From the human T2T-CHM13v2.0 reference genome, Homo sapiens: 64,000 nucleotides of DNA. The notes under the pieces were generated by a model. The model did no database searches and was not told where the DNA came from. It worked only from the letters and a program-made list of their open reading frames with translations. The stretch lies in the NCBI GenBank assembly GCA_009914755.4, contig CP086569.2, forward strand, positions 9,920,001 to 9,984,000, written 5' to 3'. The translations under genes were made by a program, and so were the position numbers. Below are positions 43,920 to 57,744 of the stretch, in pieces; position 1 is the first letter of the stretch; every line of letters starts with the position of its first letter.

Positions 43920-44890
43920 TATGCCTGTCTTTACTGCAATCTCTGAACATAAATTGTGAAGATTTCATGGACACTTATCACTTCCCCAATCAATACCCTT
44001 GTGATTTCCTATGCCTGTCTTTACTTTAATCTCTTAATCCTGTCATCTTTGTAAGCTGCGGAGTATGTATGTCACCTCAGAACCCTGTGATGTTTGTGTT
44101 AACTGCACAAATTATTTGTAGAGCATGTGTGTTTGAACAATATGAAATCTGGGTACCTTGAAAAAAGAACAGGATAACAGCAATGTTCAGGGAACAAGAG
44201 AGATAAACTCTGACTGCCGGTCAGCTGGGCAGAACAGTGCCATATTTCTCTTCTTTCAAAAGCAAATGGGAGAAATATCGCTGAATTCTTTTTCTCAGCA
44301 AGGAACATACCTGAGAAAGAGAATGTGTCCCTGAGGGTAGGCCTCTAAAATGGCCATTTCAGGGGGTGGCCGTCTTTTATGGTCAAAGCTGTAGGGATGA
44401 AATAAGCCCCAGTCTCCTGTAGTGCTCCCAGGCTTATTAGGAAGAGGAAATTCCTGCCTAATAAATTTTGGTCAGACCGGTTGTCTGCTCTCAAACCCTG
44501 TCTCCTGATAAGATGTTATCAATGACAATGTGTGCCTGAAACTTCATTAGCAATTTTAATTTTGTCCTGGTCCTCTGGTCCTGTGATCTTGCCCTGCCTC
44601 CATTTGCCTTGTGATATTCTATATACCTTGCGAAGCACAGGATCTCTGTGACCCACATGCTATTCGCACACTCCCTACCCATTTGAATATTACTAATAAA
44701 AACTTGCTGGTTTTATGGCTCTGGGGGCACCACGGAGCCTGCCAATGTGATGTCTCCCCCAGACACCCAGCTTTAAAATTTCTCTTTTGTACTCTGTCTC
44801 TTTATTTCTCAGAGTGGCCGACACTTAGGGAAAATAGAAAAGAAGGTATGTGAAATATTGGGGGTGAATTTCACCTGATATCTGGCTGAA
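43920..44890 (+). mobile_element. LTR-like element, family not classified
   Basis: It starts with tgtgaagatttcatggacacttatcacttcc and carries an aataaaaacttgctgg polyadenylation-like signal near 44700. About 60 bp of its 5' end is also found just left of the L1, at 42985-43090. Confidence 0.4.
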
Positions 44891-46900
44891 ATTCCCCTGA
44901 TAGGACCATATCAGCTGTAGCCTTTCTCTAGGGATTCATTGCTGGAGTTTCAGTGATAATCCATGGTTGAGTCCAAGACATTTGTGGATGTTCAGCATGG
45001 ATACATGGTAGGAATATATCAGGTAACCAGGGACTTACTTCTAGAGTTTCAACCAGAATCCATGTTGTGACTATATCAGTTTCAGACTGTGTCCAATGAT
45101 TTAATAATAGTGATTCAGCCTGGATACACATGATCATATCAGATAGAGTTTATCCATGAATTCATCGCTAGTGATTCAGCATGTGTCCCTAGTGGGATTA
45201 TATCCATTTCCAACTGTTTCCAGGAATGTTTTGCTGAAGACTCAACCTGGATTCATAGTGTTATTGCTTCAGTATCAAACTGTATCCAGTAATTTACTGC
45301 TGGCAAATAAGCCATGGTCCACAATGAGACTGGATTAAATTCAGATGGGAGTCAGGTATTTCCTTCTAGATATTCAGGCTGCAATTTTGTCCTTGGATTT
45401 ATTGGTGACATTTCATCAAGGATCAATTGTATGACGGTTTCAGCTGTAGTTTTTCCCAGGGATTCATTGTTGGAAATCTATCCTGGATCCATGGTGTGAC
45501 TGTCTTAGCCATAAGACTCTGTCAAGGGAAATAAGGCTGGAAATTCTTCTTGGTTCCAACATGTGACTTCATTCGATACAGAGTGTGTCCAGAGATTTAC
45601 TGTTGGAGATTTGGCAATAGTTCACAGTATGATTCGATCAGTTTCAGACTGTCTTCAGGATGTTTACCCTTGTAATTCAGCCTTTGTCCATGTTGTGAGT
45701 GTATCTGCTAACATCTTGGTCCAAGATAAGAAATTATTGGAGTTTCATTCTGGGTCCACAGTGGGACTGTGTGAGTTTCAGATTGTGTCCAAGGATGTAA
45801 TTCTTGAGACACTCCCTGCATCCATTGTGTTAATACAGTAGCTTTACCTTGTACCCAGGGGTCAATTACACCAATGTCTTTCTGATTCCAGGGTCTCAAA
45901 GTATCATCTTCAGCTTGGGTCAACAATTTGACTTTAACACTTTCAAACTTGCCCCAGAGTCTAAATGCATAAGCTTCATGTTGTATCCAGTCTTTTAACT
46001 TATCAGCCACAGGTTGGTTCCAAAACATCACTATTTCAGTTTCAGACTGTATCCAATGGTGATCTGTCAGAGTTACTGGTTCTCTCCACTGTGTGACTGT
46101 CTCGGATTGAGACTGAAATAAAAGTTTGATGATATCAGCTTCAGTGTGATTTCAGGGTCTGGATCTATCACCTCCAGTTTGGGGCCTGGGTACCACTGTT
46201 TCCATCCCAGTTTGGGACCAGTACCTAACTGGATCTGCTTCTGGTTGGGTCCAGTGTTTTTCTTTCCATTCTTGAGTCTGGGCTCTGGGCCTCAATATTT
46301 TAAATTTATGCTGAATGCCGAGTCTCATTCTTTCAGTTTCAGTTTGTAACAATGGTTTAATCATATCAGCTCTCAAGTGAATCAAGAGTCTTCCTGATTG
46401 AGATTCTGGCTAGATCCAGGTAAGGACTATGGCTGTTTTAGGCTGACTTCAGGGTCTGATCATGTCAACTTTGGAGTGAAGGAAGGGCTCAATTATATTC
46501 ATAATAGGATGTATTAAGATCCATATCTGCATCAGGGGTTTGAGTATAATAGCCTCATGTTTACTAAATGGACTACATCTATTGATTTGATTTGAGGGCC
46601 TGATCATACTGGTTTTCTGTTGCACCCAAGCCTTAATATTGTCACCTTTTGACTTAGCACATGAAGAGTATGCAGTATAGAAGAAATCCAGAACTGAGTG
46701 GACTCAGGTTCAGTGAGAATCCAGTATCCATCTGAGCTTTCTATAGTTTCTTGAGGATCCAAATACATTTAAAACTAGCTGACACCATGTTTCAATGGTA
46801 TGGGTTACTGTAGTATGCTGAGATCAATCTTCATCGAGGGATGAATGAGCCCATAGTTCAGTTTTATTATCTATGAAAGGTACTGGTGGAATCTAGTTGT
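44890..46900. repeat. Degenerate tandem satellite, part 2. It continues the same array after the L1 and LTR-like interruption.
   Basis: The same 33/66-bp monomer family resumes. After about 46.05 kb it grades into monomers closer to the 38.6-40.3 kb type. Confidence 0.75.
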
Positions 46901-47889
46901 AAGTTACCGGTTTAGCGCCAGGGTTAGCTCTATGCACTACATGATACATTTTTTTTTTCTATTGCTCTCTTCCCTGGATTGAATCTACATCACTGTTCCT
47001 GTTTTATAAGATAAAAATTGTTTCCAAGCTTCAACTTCAAGGGTAATTTCTAGCCGAGGTCTAACTACAAGTTGCCCATGAGATGGAACATTAATAGATT
47101 GAACTTGAGACAGATGAGTATCCCTCTTAACAGGAACTTGAGATCCACCTATCCCACTTGAAAAGAGAAACCACGATCTACCAGCATTAACTAACTGCAG
47201 AGTATGAAGCCTAATTATACTAGCTAATGTATTAATCTAGAATCTTGCTGAATCAGTTACAGCTTAATATTTATAATTTATTGTATTTTTCTCAGGAAAA
47301 TTCCAGGGTATAGGTTTAATAGCTGTTTGGGAGTTCTGGGGTCCAGAAAAAAAGAAATATTGAGATTTGTCCATTTCTGGGGTGCCCCAGCATTCAGCTG
47401 TATCAGGATGATCCCACAGTTTGGCAACAGGAGAAATCCAGGATCATACCATTGGGAATTTGCTAGCTGAAGAGAGGTGACCACTTTGAAAGTGTAATGG
47501 TCTATTGGCATAAAATAGTCTCTATTATTTGAACCAAAAAAACATTGAATGAAGGTTCCAGTGCCTTCTGTTCACTGAGGAAGTGCTTAATCTTCTCCTA
47601 CATGTTTGTTCTCAGAATCCATGAAAGAGCAAAGTGACAGAGCCTGTGTTAGAGCTAAGTGTGTTTTGTGGACTATCTTCTACTCCAGGATAAAATTGCA
47701 AGGTAGAGAAAAAAATGGGACCCAGTGGTTTCTGGGATGCCTTGATAAGCCATCTCATTCAAGATATGTATTGGGCTGTCCTGATGAAAAGTACAGGGTC
47801 ATAACAGGCTTCTGAGGTAAAACTGACCAGGCCTACCAGTTCCCAGTGACTGCCAAAGAGGCAAAGAACAGGACGACTTTGCTCTACGT

Positions 47890-48290
47890 GAATGGTTGGA
47901 AACAAAGTTAACCATATATATTAGAAATACTTATAGACATGTAATATACATGGATTACAATGTATAATGCATAAATTACTTATGTATGCAATACATATAC
48001 AAATTATAAAATACACAGATACATATCTTGTATATGTTTATGAATACTTATATCTATAAATTGGTTATATAGCTTATATGGTTTATACAAATATTAAATT
48101 AAAATATAATAAATTATAAGTTATACTTTTCTATCACATGTAAATTTTATATTACTTGATGGGCAGTAATAAATATTACATGGTACATACTTCAAGAGTT
48201 CCATATAACACTTAGGCTTAAATAATTCTAACTCTGGTTAAAACAGTAAAATCAAATACTAGAAAGAAATTAGAGGAAGGTTCCAAACAA
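47890..48290. repeat. AT-rich block A. It is duplicated as block B at about 51100-51480.
   Basis: The two blocks are about 80% similar, for example ..tatgcaatacatata..attataaaata.acagatacatat.. and ..tctatcacatgtaaattttatattacttgatgg.cagtaa.aaat.ttacatggtacatac.. Confidence 0.6.
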
Positions 48291-51104
48291 TAAAAAATCA
48301 CCTACATACTCATTACATTTGTTGAAGCCATCATTTGTTTGGTCTCCCTGCTTGATTCTGATACCCACTTGCAGCTTACAGTTTGTTCTCCCAATAGCCA
48401 GAATTACACTCAGAGTAAAAGCACTTATTCTAAAATTGACTACATAATTGGAAGTAAAACACTCCTCGGCAAATGCAAAATAACAGAAATCATAACAAAC
48501 AGTCTCCCAGGTCACAGTGCAATCAAACTAGAACTCAGTATTTAAAAATTCACTCAAAAGTGCACAACTATGTGGAAACTGAACAACCTGCTCCTGAATG
48601 ACTACTGGGTACATAATGAAATGAAGGCAGAAATAAAGATGTTCTTTGTAACCAATGAGAACAAAGACACAGCATACCAGAATCTCTGGGAAACATTTAA
48701 AGCAGTGTTTTGAGGGAAATATGTAGCACTTAATGTCCACAAAAGAAAGTAGGAAACATCTAAAATTGGCACACTAACATCAACATTAAAAGAATGGAGA
48801 ACAAGAAAAGCAAAAGCAAACAAATTCAAAAGCTAGGAGAAGACAAAAATAACTAAGATCAGAGCAGAACTGAAGGAGACAGAGACATGAAAACCCTTCA
48901 AAAAAATCAATGAAGCCAGGAGCTGCTTTTTGAAAAGATCAACAAAATAGATAGGCCACTATCCAGACTAATGAAGAAAAAAATAAGGAAGAATCAAATA
49001 GACTCAATAAAAAATGACAATGGGGATATCACCACTGATCCCACAGAAAAACAAACTACCATCAGGGAATGCTATAAACATCTCCATGCAAATAAACTAG
49101 TAAATCTGAAAAAATGGATAAATTCCTGGATGCACACACCCTCCAAAGCCTAAACCAGGAAGAAATTGAATCTCTGAATAGACCAATAACAAGTTCTGAA
49201 ATTGAGGCAGTAATTAGCAGCCTATGAACAACAACAACAACAAAATCCAGGAGTAGACGGTTCACAGAAGAATTCTACCAGAGGCACAAAGAGGAGCTGG
49301 TACCATTCCTTCTGAAGCTATTCCAAACAATAGAAAAAGAGGCAATCCACCCTAAGTCACTTTATGAGGCCAGAATCATCCCGATATCAACATCTGGCAG
49401 AAACACAGCAAAATAAGAAAATTTCAGGCCAATATCTCTGATGAACATTGACGCAAAAATCCTCAATGAAACACTGGCAAACCAAATCCAGAAGCACATC
49501 AACAAGTGTATCCACCATGAAGAAGTCAGGTTCATACTTGGGATGTAAGGCAGAATCAACATACACAAATTAATAAACATAATCCATCACATAAACAGAA
49601 TCAATGGCAAAAACCACATGATTATCTTAATAAATCCTGAAAAGCCCTTCGACAACATTCAACACAACTTCATGACAAAAACTCTCAATAAAATAGGTAT
49701 TGATGGAACATATTTCAAAATAATCACAGGTACTTATGACAAAACCACAGCCTGGAAGCACCTGGAAACTTTCATTTTAAAAACCTGCACAAGACAAGGA
49801 TACCCCCTTTCTCACCACTCCTATTCACCACAGTTTTGGAAGTTTTGACAAGGGCCATCAGGCAAGAGAAAGAATGAAGTGTATTCAAATGGAATAAGAG
49901 GAAGTCAAATTGTCTCTGTTTGCAGATCTCAAGATTGTATATTTAGAAAACCCCACTATCTCAGCTCGCAAAAATCACAAGCTTTCCTGTACACCAATAT
50001 CAGACAAGTAGAGAGTCAAATCATGAGTGATCTCACATACACAGTTGCTACTAAGAGAATAAAATACCTAGGTATAAAATATACAAAGGATGTGAGGGAC
50101 CTTTTCAAAAACTACAAACCACAGCTCAAGGAAATAAGAGAGGACACAAATACATGGAAAAACATTCCATGCTCATTATAGGAAGAATCAATATTTTGAA
50201 AATGGCCCTACTGTGCAAAGCAATTTATAGATTCAATGCTATCCCCATAAACCTACCATCTAACAATGGACAATCTAACCATCTGACAACAGACCAATAT
50301 CCACAATCTACAAAGAACTTAAACAAATTTATGAGAAAAAAACTAAACCAACCCATCAAAAACTGAGTGAAGGATATGAACAGATGCTTCTCAAAAGAAG
50401 ACAGGTATGCAGCCAACAAATATATGAAAAAAACTCATCATCACTGGTCACTAGAGAAATGCAAATCAAAACCACAATGAGATACCATCTCATGCCAATT
50501 AGAAAGGTGATCATTAAAAAGTCAGGAAACAACAGATGCTGGAGAGGATGTGGATAAATAGGAATGCTTTTACACTGTTGGTGGGAGTGTAAATTACTTC
50601 AACCATTGTGGAATACAGTCTGATGATTCCTTAAGGATCTAAAACCAGAAATAGCATTTGACCAAGCAATGTCATTTTGGGTTATATACCCAAAGGATTA
50701 TAAATAATTCTACTATAAAGACACATGCACCCTTCTGTTTATTGAGGCATTGTTCACAATAGCAAAGACTTGGAACCAACCCAGATGTCCATCAATGATA
50801 GACTGGATAAAGAAAATGTGGCACATATACACCATGGAATACTAAGCAGCCATAAAATAGGATGAGTTTATGTTCTCACTCATAATTTGTAGTTGAACAA
50901 TGAGAACATATGGACATAGGGAGGGGACATCACACACCAGTGCCTGTTGGGGGTGGGGGGCTAGTGGAGGGATAGCTTTAGGAGAAATATATAATGTATA
51001 TGATGATTTGATGGGCTCAGCAAACCACCATGGTGGATGAATACCCATGTAACAAAACTGCACTTTCTGTACATGTACCCCAGAACTTAAAGTATATAAA
51101 AAAT
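48290..51104 (+). mobile_element. L1 (L1PA/L1PB-like), 5'-truncated, running from ORF2 aa about 150 to the 3' end. It is degenerate.
   Basis: ORF2-like translation: [58 protein letters not shown] and, near the end, [16 protein letters not shown]. Confidence 0.75.
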
Positions 51105-51479
51105 ACATATAGACATATACTATACATGAATTAAAATATATATAATGTATAAATTTAATCTATATGCAATACATATATATTATAAAATATACAGATACAT
51201 ATATTGAACATGTTTAGGAACACATATTTATAAATTAGTTATATAACTTATAGGTTTTATACATACATTAAATTATAAGATATTGACTTAAAAGTATAAA
51301 CTATACTTTTCTATCATATGTAAATTTTATATTACTTGATGGACAGTAAGAAATTTTACATGGTACATACCTAATGATTACCATATAATACTTAGGCATA
51401 AATAATTTTAACTCTGGTTAAAAGAGTGAAGTCAAATACTAGAGGGAATTCAGAGGAAAGATGTAACAATAAAAAATCA

Positions 51480-51715
51480 CCTACATACTCAGCATCGCTA
51501 TCTGAATATTATTTACACCATCAGCCAAGTAACTTTCGGCAAAGCACAACTTATACAGTCACATAAAATGACTGCTTGTATCACCTCCTCTGCCATTACG
51601 TTTGTTGAAGCATCATCATTCGTTTGGTCTCTCTGCTTGATTCTGATACTCACTTGTAGCTTAGTTTGTTCTCCTGGTAGCCAGAATTATACTCGGAATA
51701 AAACCAAAAGGATTT
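51480..51715 (+). mobile_element. Second copy of the L1 ORF2 5' region, truncated. It follows a second copy of the AT-rich block.
   Basis: Similar to 48290-48420: tttgttgaagc(c)atcat..gtttggtctc.ctgcttgattctgatac.cacttg.agctta. Confidence 0.6.
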
Positions 51716-51954
51716 GTCTTTGATCTCACTTAAGCGTTTTCCTTTGTTCATCTTGCTACATGATGACAGTATGACTATTTGCTTAATTCTAGTGTCGGAA
51801 TTATTTCAATGATTATGTTCTCTGCCTGGAATTCTATTCCTCCAAATATGTTCCTAGATTACTTCCCCAAAGGTTTAGTCTTTGCTCAGTTAAAGCATTT
51901 TTAGAGACACTTGACTTCTGGCTTAGGATTGACTTGGCAATGCAGGCTTTTTTG

Positions 51955-52311
<357 letters not shown>

Positions 52312-53790
52312 CTAAGCCAAAAGAACAAAGCAGGAGGCATCATACTACCTGACTTCAAACTATACTACAAGGCTACAGTAACCAAAATTGCATGTTACTG
52401 GTACCAAAAAAGAGATATAGACCAATGGAACAGAACAGAGCCATCAGAAACAATGCTGCATATCTACAACTATCTGATCTTTGAAAAACCTGACAACAAC
52501 AAGCAATGGGGAAAGGATTCCCTATTTAATAAATGGTGCTGGGAAAGCTGGCTAGCCATATGTAGAAAGCTGAAACTAGATCCCTTCTTTACACCTTCTA
52601 CAAAAATTAATTCAAGATGGATTAAAGACTTAAATATTAGACCTAAAACCATAAAAACTGTAGAAGAAAACCTAGGCAATACCATTCAGGACATAGGCGT
52701 GGGCAAGGACTTCATGTCAAAAACACCAAAAGCAATGGCAACAAAAGCCAAAATTGACAAATGGGATCTAATTAAATTAAAGAGCTTCTGCACAGCAAAA
52801 TAAACTACCATTAGAGTGAACAGGCAACCTACAGAATGGGAGAAAATTTTTGCAATCTACTCATCTGACAAAGACTAATATCGATAATCTACAATGAACT
52901 CAAACGAATTTACAAGAAAAAAACAAACAAAACCATCAAAAAGTGGGTGAAGGATATGAACAGATACTTCTCAAAAGAAGACATTTATTCAGCCAACAGA
53001 CACAAGAAAAAATGTTCATCATCACTGGCCATCAGAGAAATGCGAATCAAAACCACAATGAGATACCATCTCACACCAGTTAGAATGGTGATTATTAAAA
53101 AGTCAGGAAACAACAGGTGCTGGAGAGGATGTGGAGAAATAGGAGCACTTTTACACTGTTGGTGGGACTGTAAACTAGTTTAACCATTGTGGAAGACAGT
53201 GTGGCGATTCCTCAGGGATCTAGAACTAGAAATACCATTTGACCCAGCCATCCCATTACTGTGTATATACCCAAAGGATTGTAAATCATGCTGCTATAAA
53301 GACACATGCACACATTTGTTTACTGCGGCACTATTCACAATACCAAAGACTTGGAACCAAACCAAATATCCAACAATGATAGACTGGATTAAGAAAATGT
53401 GGCACATTTACACCACGGAATACTATGCAGCCATAAAAAATGATGAGTTCATGTCCTTTGTAGGGACATGGATGAAGCTGGAAACCATCATTCTCAACAA
53501 CTATCACAAGGACAAAAAACCAAACGCCACATTTTCTCACTCATAGGTGGGAATTGAACAATGAGAACACGTGGACAGAGGGTGGGGAACATCACACACC
53601 GGGGCTTGTTGTGGAGTGGGGGGAGGGGGGAGGGGGGGGAGGGGGGAGGGATGGCATTAGGAGATATACCTAATGCTAAATGAAGAGTTAATGGGTGCAG
53701 CACACCAATATGGCACATGTATACATATGTAACAAAGTTTCACGCTGTGTACTTGTACCCTAAAACTTAAAGTATAAGTAAAAAAAATAA
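52312..53790 (+). mobile_element. Forward 3' piece (L1 positions about 4710-6020 plus poly-A) of the same twin-primed L1
   Basis: The segment [27 protein letters not shown].. is followed by the 3' UTR and a poly-A at 53781-53788. It directly abuts the inner edge of RBMY copy 2. Confidence 0.8.
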
Positions 53791-53932
53791 AGACATGTGA
53801 CTTCAAAAATACTTCTTCCAATATCTCCCTATCACCTAATTAACTATGAACTCTAGTTGATGTAAAAATGTTTGTAAAATGTGCTTAGGTTAAATGTGCC
53901 AGTGTTATTGATAGTACCCTTAGTACTTTTAA

Positions 53933-54108
53933 TGTTTGGATGGAAAAGCAATAAAAGTAGAATAAGCCAAGAAACCATTTTCAAAGTGGTGGTTAGCAGA
54001 TACCACCACCTTCTTCAAGAAACAGAAGCCCTTCAGGAAGTCTGAGATCTGCAAGAGGAAGTAGTGGAGGAACAGGAGGGTGTCTGCCCTCACATGAAGG
54101 GCACTTGG
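53933..54108 (+). pseudogene. RBMY-like exon 3 homologue in copy 2 ([12 protein letters not shown].., with a frameshift)
   Basis: A Gln codon reads TAA (gaa TAA gcc). One base is deleted in the KKPSFQSGG segment. The acceptor AG reads AA. A GGTAATG donor is retained. Confidence 0.7.
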
Positions 54109-54848
54109 GTAATGTTTTAAAATATAAAGGTGGAACCATAGGACTGAAAGAAAATAAGTTTGAAGATATCAAAATTTCTCAATTTTATTTATTATCTTTA
54201 TGAACAGAACATTTATTATTCATTTATTTCTAACTAGCAAAGATTTATTATAAGAATGATTGAATTAATATCTAAAATTCATTTTAAAATTGTAATAACT
54301 TTGCATTGAAATAAGGCAAATTTCAAACAGAATTGATTTTATGAATGCTGATTGCCTGTAAACCGGTTTTCTGAAGAACTCATTTATATTCATTATACTT
54401 TAGCGTTTTCTACTCTGGGGCCCAGAACTTCATATCGGTTTTATCATCAAAATACGATGGAATATTTAAAACTTTCAAATAGGAAAAAGTAACTCAGTAC
54501 TTAAGATTGATTTTGCAATATTTGTTTTTTTGTGTATTCGTGTGCAAACATCTGTGCAAGTCAATTGCTTAGTAATTTTGATATAGAGAGTTTGTACATC
54601 ACACTGCCATAAAGCATTTTCAGTTTAAGAAATGTAGAACTTTAATTTCTGAAAAGAGTTTGTGACCCTGGAAGTGTCTAAGAACCACTGCTTCACAGGT
54701 AGGTAAGTATCTTTCTTTGCTGGAGGATGAGTCACTGAAAATGATATTTATGAGTGATTTATGCTATAGAAATAAGGGGTCAATTTTTACATAAAAAAGA
54801 AAATCAAATCATGTATTTTACATATATATAAAATATATATAGATACAT

Positions 54849-54869
54849 AGATATATCTATATATCTCTA

Positions 54870-54920
<51 letters not shown>

Positions 54921-54923
54921 ATC
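54849..54923. repeat. (TATC)n / (ATCT)n tetranucleotide STR. About 13 pure repeats plus degenerate flanking repeats.
   Basis: Read directly from the sequence. It lies immediately 5' of the Alu at 54925. Confidence 0.95.
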
Positions 54924-54924
54924 A

Positions 54925-55215
54925 TGGGCTGGGTGAGGTGGCTCATGCCTGTCATCTCAGCACTTGGGAAATATGGGACAGATGGACCAAGAGGTCAAGA
55001 GTTCCACACAAGCCTGGCCAACATGATGAAAACCTGTCTCTCCTAAAGATACAAAAAATTAGCCTGGCATGGTGCCTTGCAGCTCTACTCCCAGGTACTC
55101 AGGAGGCTGAGGCAGGAGAACCACTGGAAATACAGAGTTGGAAGCTGCAGTGAGCCAAGATAATGCCATTGCACTCTAGCCTGGGGGATAGGGCAATAGT
55201 CCATCTCAATAAATA
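54925..55215 (+). mobile_element. Alu
   Basis: Reads ggctgggtgaggtggctcatgcctgtcatctcagcac.. through ..gcactctagcctggggg. Confidence 0.85.
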
Positions 55216-56044
55216 AACAAATAAATAAACCCATTGGTTAACTTGTATTATCTATTAACCAACCTTCAAAAATATACTATTTAATTTTGAGTTTTAATAA
55301 CCAGATTTTTTATTAATTGGAGATGTTTTTTAAAGTTGAAATTACAGTGTTTCCTCCATTTTAAGATACACAGCTTCATGATTATTTTGTCTCCATTGAT
55401 CTGGAGGGTGGGGTTCAATTACACTCTGCCTTGTATAAGAATGTGCATCTTCTAACTTGTAACAGCGCCTGGCAATTGGCATATATCTACATTTTTATAG
55501 ATATATAAAAATATTTTTATATTATTTAATATGCAATTCTTAAAGATTATTAATATTTAGCATAGTCTAATCTGAAAATTAGCATTTCATAAGGGAATTG
55601 TAAGAATTCAATGTTATGTTAACAAATTTTAGGGATGATGTATTTTCCTGATGTGTCACCTTTTGATTTTGTAAATATCTTAGTTTCTTTGCATGGAATT
55701 TAGTTTATCTTTATGATTTGCTTTGGAAATTTTTCCTCATAACAGAATGATAAAAACAGTCATTTATCATTTTTCTTTTAATATTTTATGTATATTATAC
55801 TTAGATATTTTACTGATAGATTTCTGCTCCCAGTTCACTCTCCATTCTTCCCACATCTCTATCTCTCACCAACATATTATGACTCTTGAGTTTCTTACTA
55901 GATTTTCTAAACATACTTTTATTGCTTGAATTGTACTTCTTTCATATAGAAATGTTAATTTTATTACTTTAGACAAATGTGAATTTGCAAGATTATAATA
56001 TGTAGAAAATCTTTATAAACAATTAAAACTTAGTCCGTTAGGAT

Positions 56045-56320
56045 GGAGGCTTACTCTTCCCAGGTCAGAGTGCATAGGTGAGATGATGGCTTACCACAGC
56101 CTCAAATTCCTGTGCTCAAGCAATTGTCCTGTTTCAGCTTCCTCAGTTGCTGCAACTACAGGCATGCACCACCACGTCTAGCTAAATTTTTTCCCTATAT
56201 TTTTGTAGAGAGAGGATCTCACCACATTATCAAAACTGACATTAAAGTCTTAGGCTCAAGCAATCCAGGTGCCTCAGAGTTCTACAATGGCCCACAGTGT
56301 GGGCCAGTGAGCCTGGCCAT
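56045..56320 (-). mobile_element. Alu, old. It is the inverted counterpart of the Alu at 3100-3395.
   Basis: Shared sequence agtgcataggtgagatgatggcttac.acagcctcaaattcctg. Confidence 0.7.
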
Positions 56321-57613
56321 CTCGGTTCCGAGACCTCAATATTTCTTATGCACAAGGCATTTTTAATGCTTATATAAAGGTTCAAAAGAACTACAAGAGC
56401 ATTTGGCAGAAAAAGAGGCACTGGGCTTAAATATTATTTAAAAATAAATTTAAGGCTTCAAAGGTAAACATGAAGGAGTCTAATATTCTTAAATTAAGTG
56501 GATATCACAGAAATGCAGAGTTGTGAAATACAATGGAATGTAAATCAATAATTAAGATTGTACCTGGATGTTTAAACATTAACACAAGACCTTAGTGTAA
56601 GATTTAAAATTATTTGAGGAGAGAATTTAGAACTAAGCAACATGAGTTGAGCAGTAGGATTGAATAGAAATAATATTTTTGAGAAGGAGAATTGTAAGAT
56701 TGCAGACTGAACAGAAGAAAGCAAGACAATAAATCAAAGTTCTTAGCGATGACTTTTAGCAGAACAAAATAAAATTGTTACTTATTCCTCCATCCTAATA
56801 TGGAGGAAATTGAAAACTGCCATTTTAAATTTTACATTTCATGTGTAGAGTATCAGTGAAGTTAGGTATTTATTGAATTCAGGATACACAAGCCAACACA
56901 TTTCCATAGGAAAATTAGCTGGTGAACATATCATAAGTGAAAGGTGGACCTCTAAGTAATAGCACGTGAAGAGTATATTAAAGGAGAGTCTTTTCTATTT
57001 TGAAATAACAACAATGTTGTCATGATCCCTTTAACAGTATTGCTTATTGCAGTATAAGTAAATCTTGGTCATCGTTAGAAAATATTCACTAGTATACTTT
57101 AATTCGTCAACATTTATGATAAAGCCAACCACTTAGAGATAAAGGAGAAATTTTATGTAAAAGTTTAGCATGCAGTCATTCAAAGGTAGCAGTATTTGTG
57201 TGTGTGAGATGGACTGAACAGCATGGGAAAATTTACCTTCTTCAGCTGAGAAAGGACAATGTATGTAAATTTGAAAATCAGTGAAGAGTTTGATGGTTTT
57301 ACATTTTTCCATGTGTCATTAGTAGTCATCAGTAATTCATATAAAAAGGAAAATCATAACTAAGTTGTAATTAACTATTACAAATGAACCTTTACCAAAG
57401 AATTTATGTCTGCCATCAGCTTTGTTAGAACTAGCCTTGCAGGAGCCATGGGATTATCCAAAGCCATAAGAAACATTCACAGTGTCATGATTTTCTAGTA
57501 ATTTAGGGAAAAAAGAGTGGAGACATAGAAGAAATAATTTTAAAAAGTTGTTTGAGAGAAGAGAAAATAATGTTTCAGATTTGGTGTTCTTACATTATGT
57601 TCCTTCATTTTAG

Positions 57614-57737
57614 CATTAAATTTAATGGAAGAGAGAATTATGGAGGTCCTCCACTCGAGAAGCCAATCACTTCATGGAGAAATGACCATATGTTGTCAAG
57701 AGATGGTGGTTATGGAATTAAGGATAGGTAAAAGAAA
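57614..57737 (+). pseudogene. RBMY-like exon 5 homologue in copy 2 (..RENYGGPPLEKPITSWRNDHMLSRDGGYGIKD)
   Basis: Matches RBMY [34 protein letters not shown] in a single frame. A GTAAAAG donor lies at 57738. The 5' end lacks the ggtcccatatca segment present in copy 1. Confidence 0.7.
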
Positions 57738-57744
57738 AATCCCA

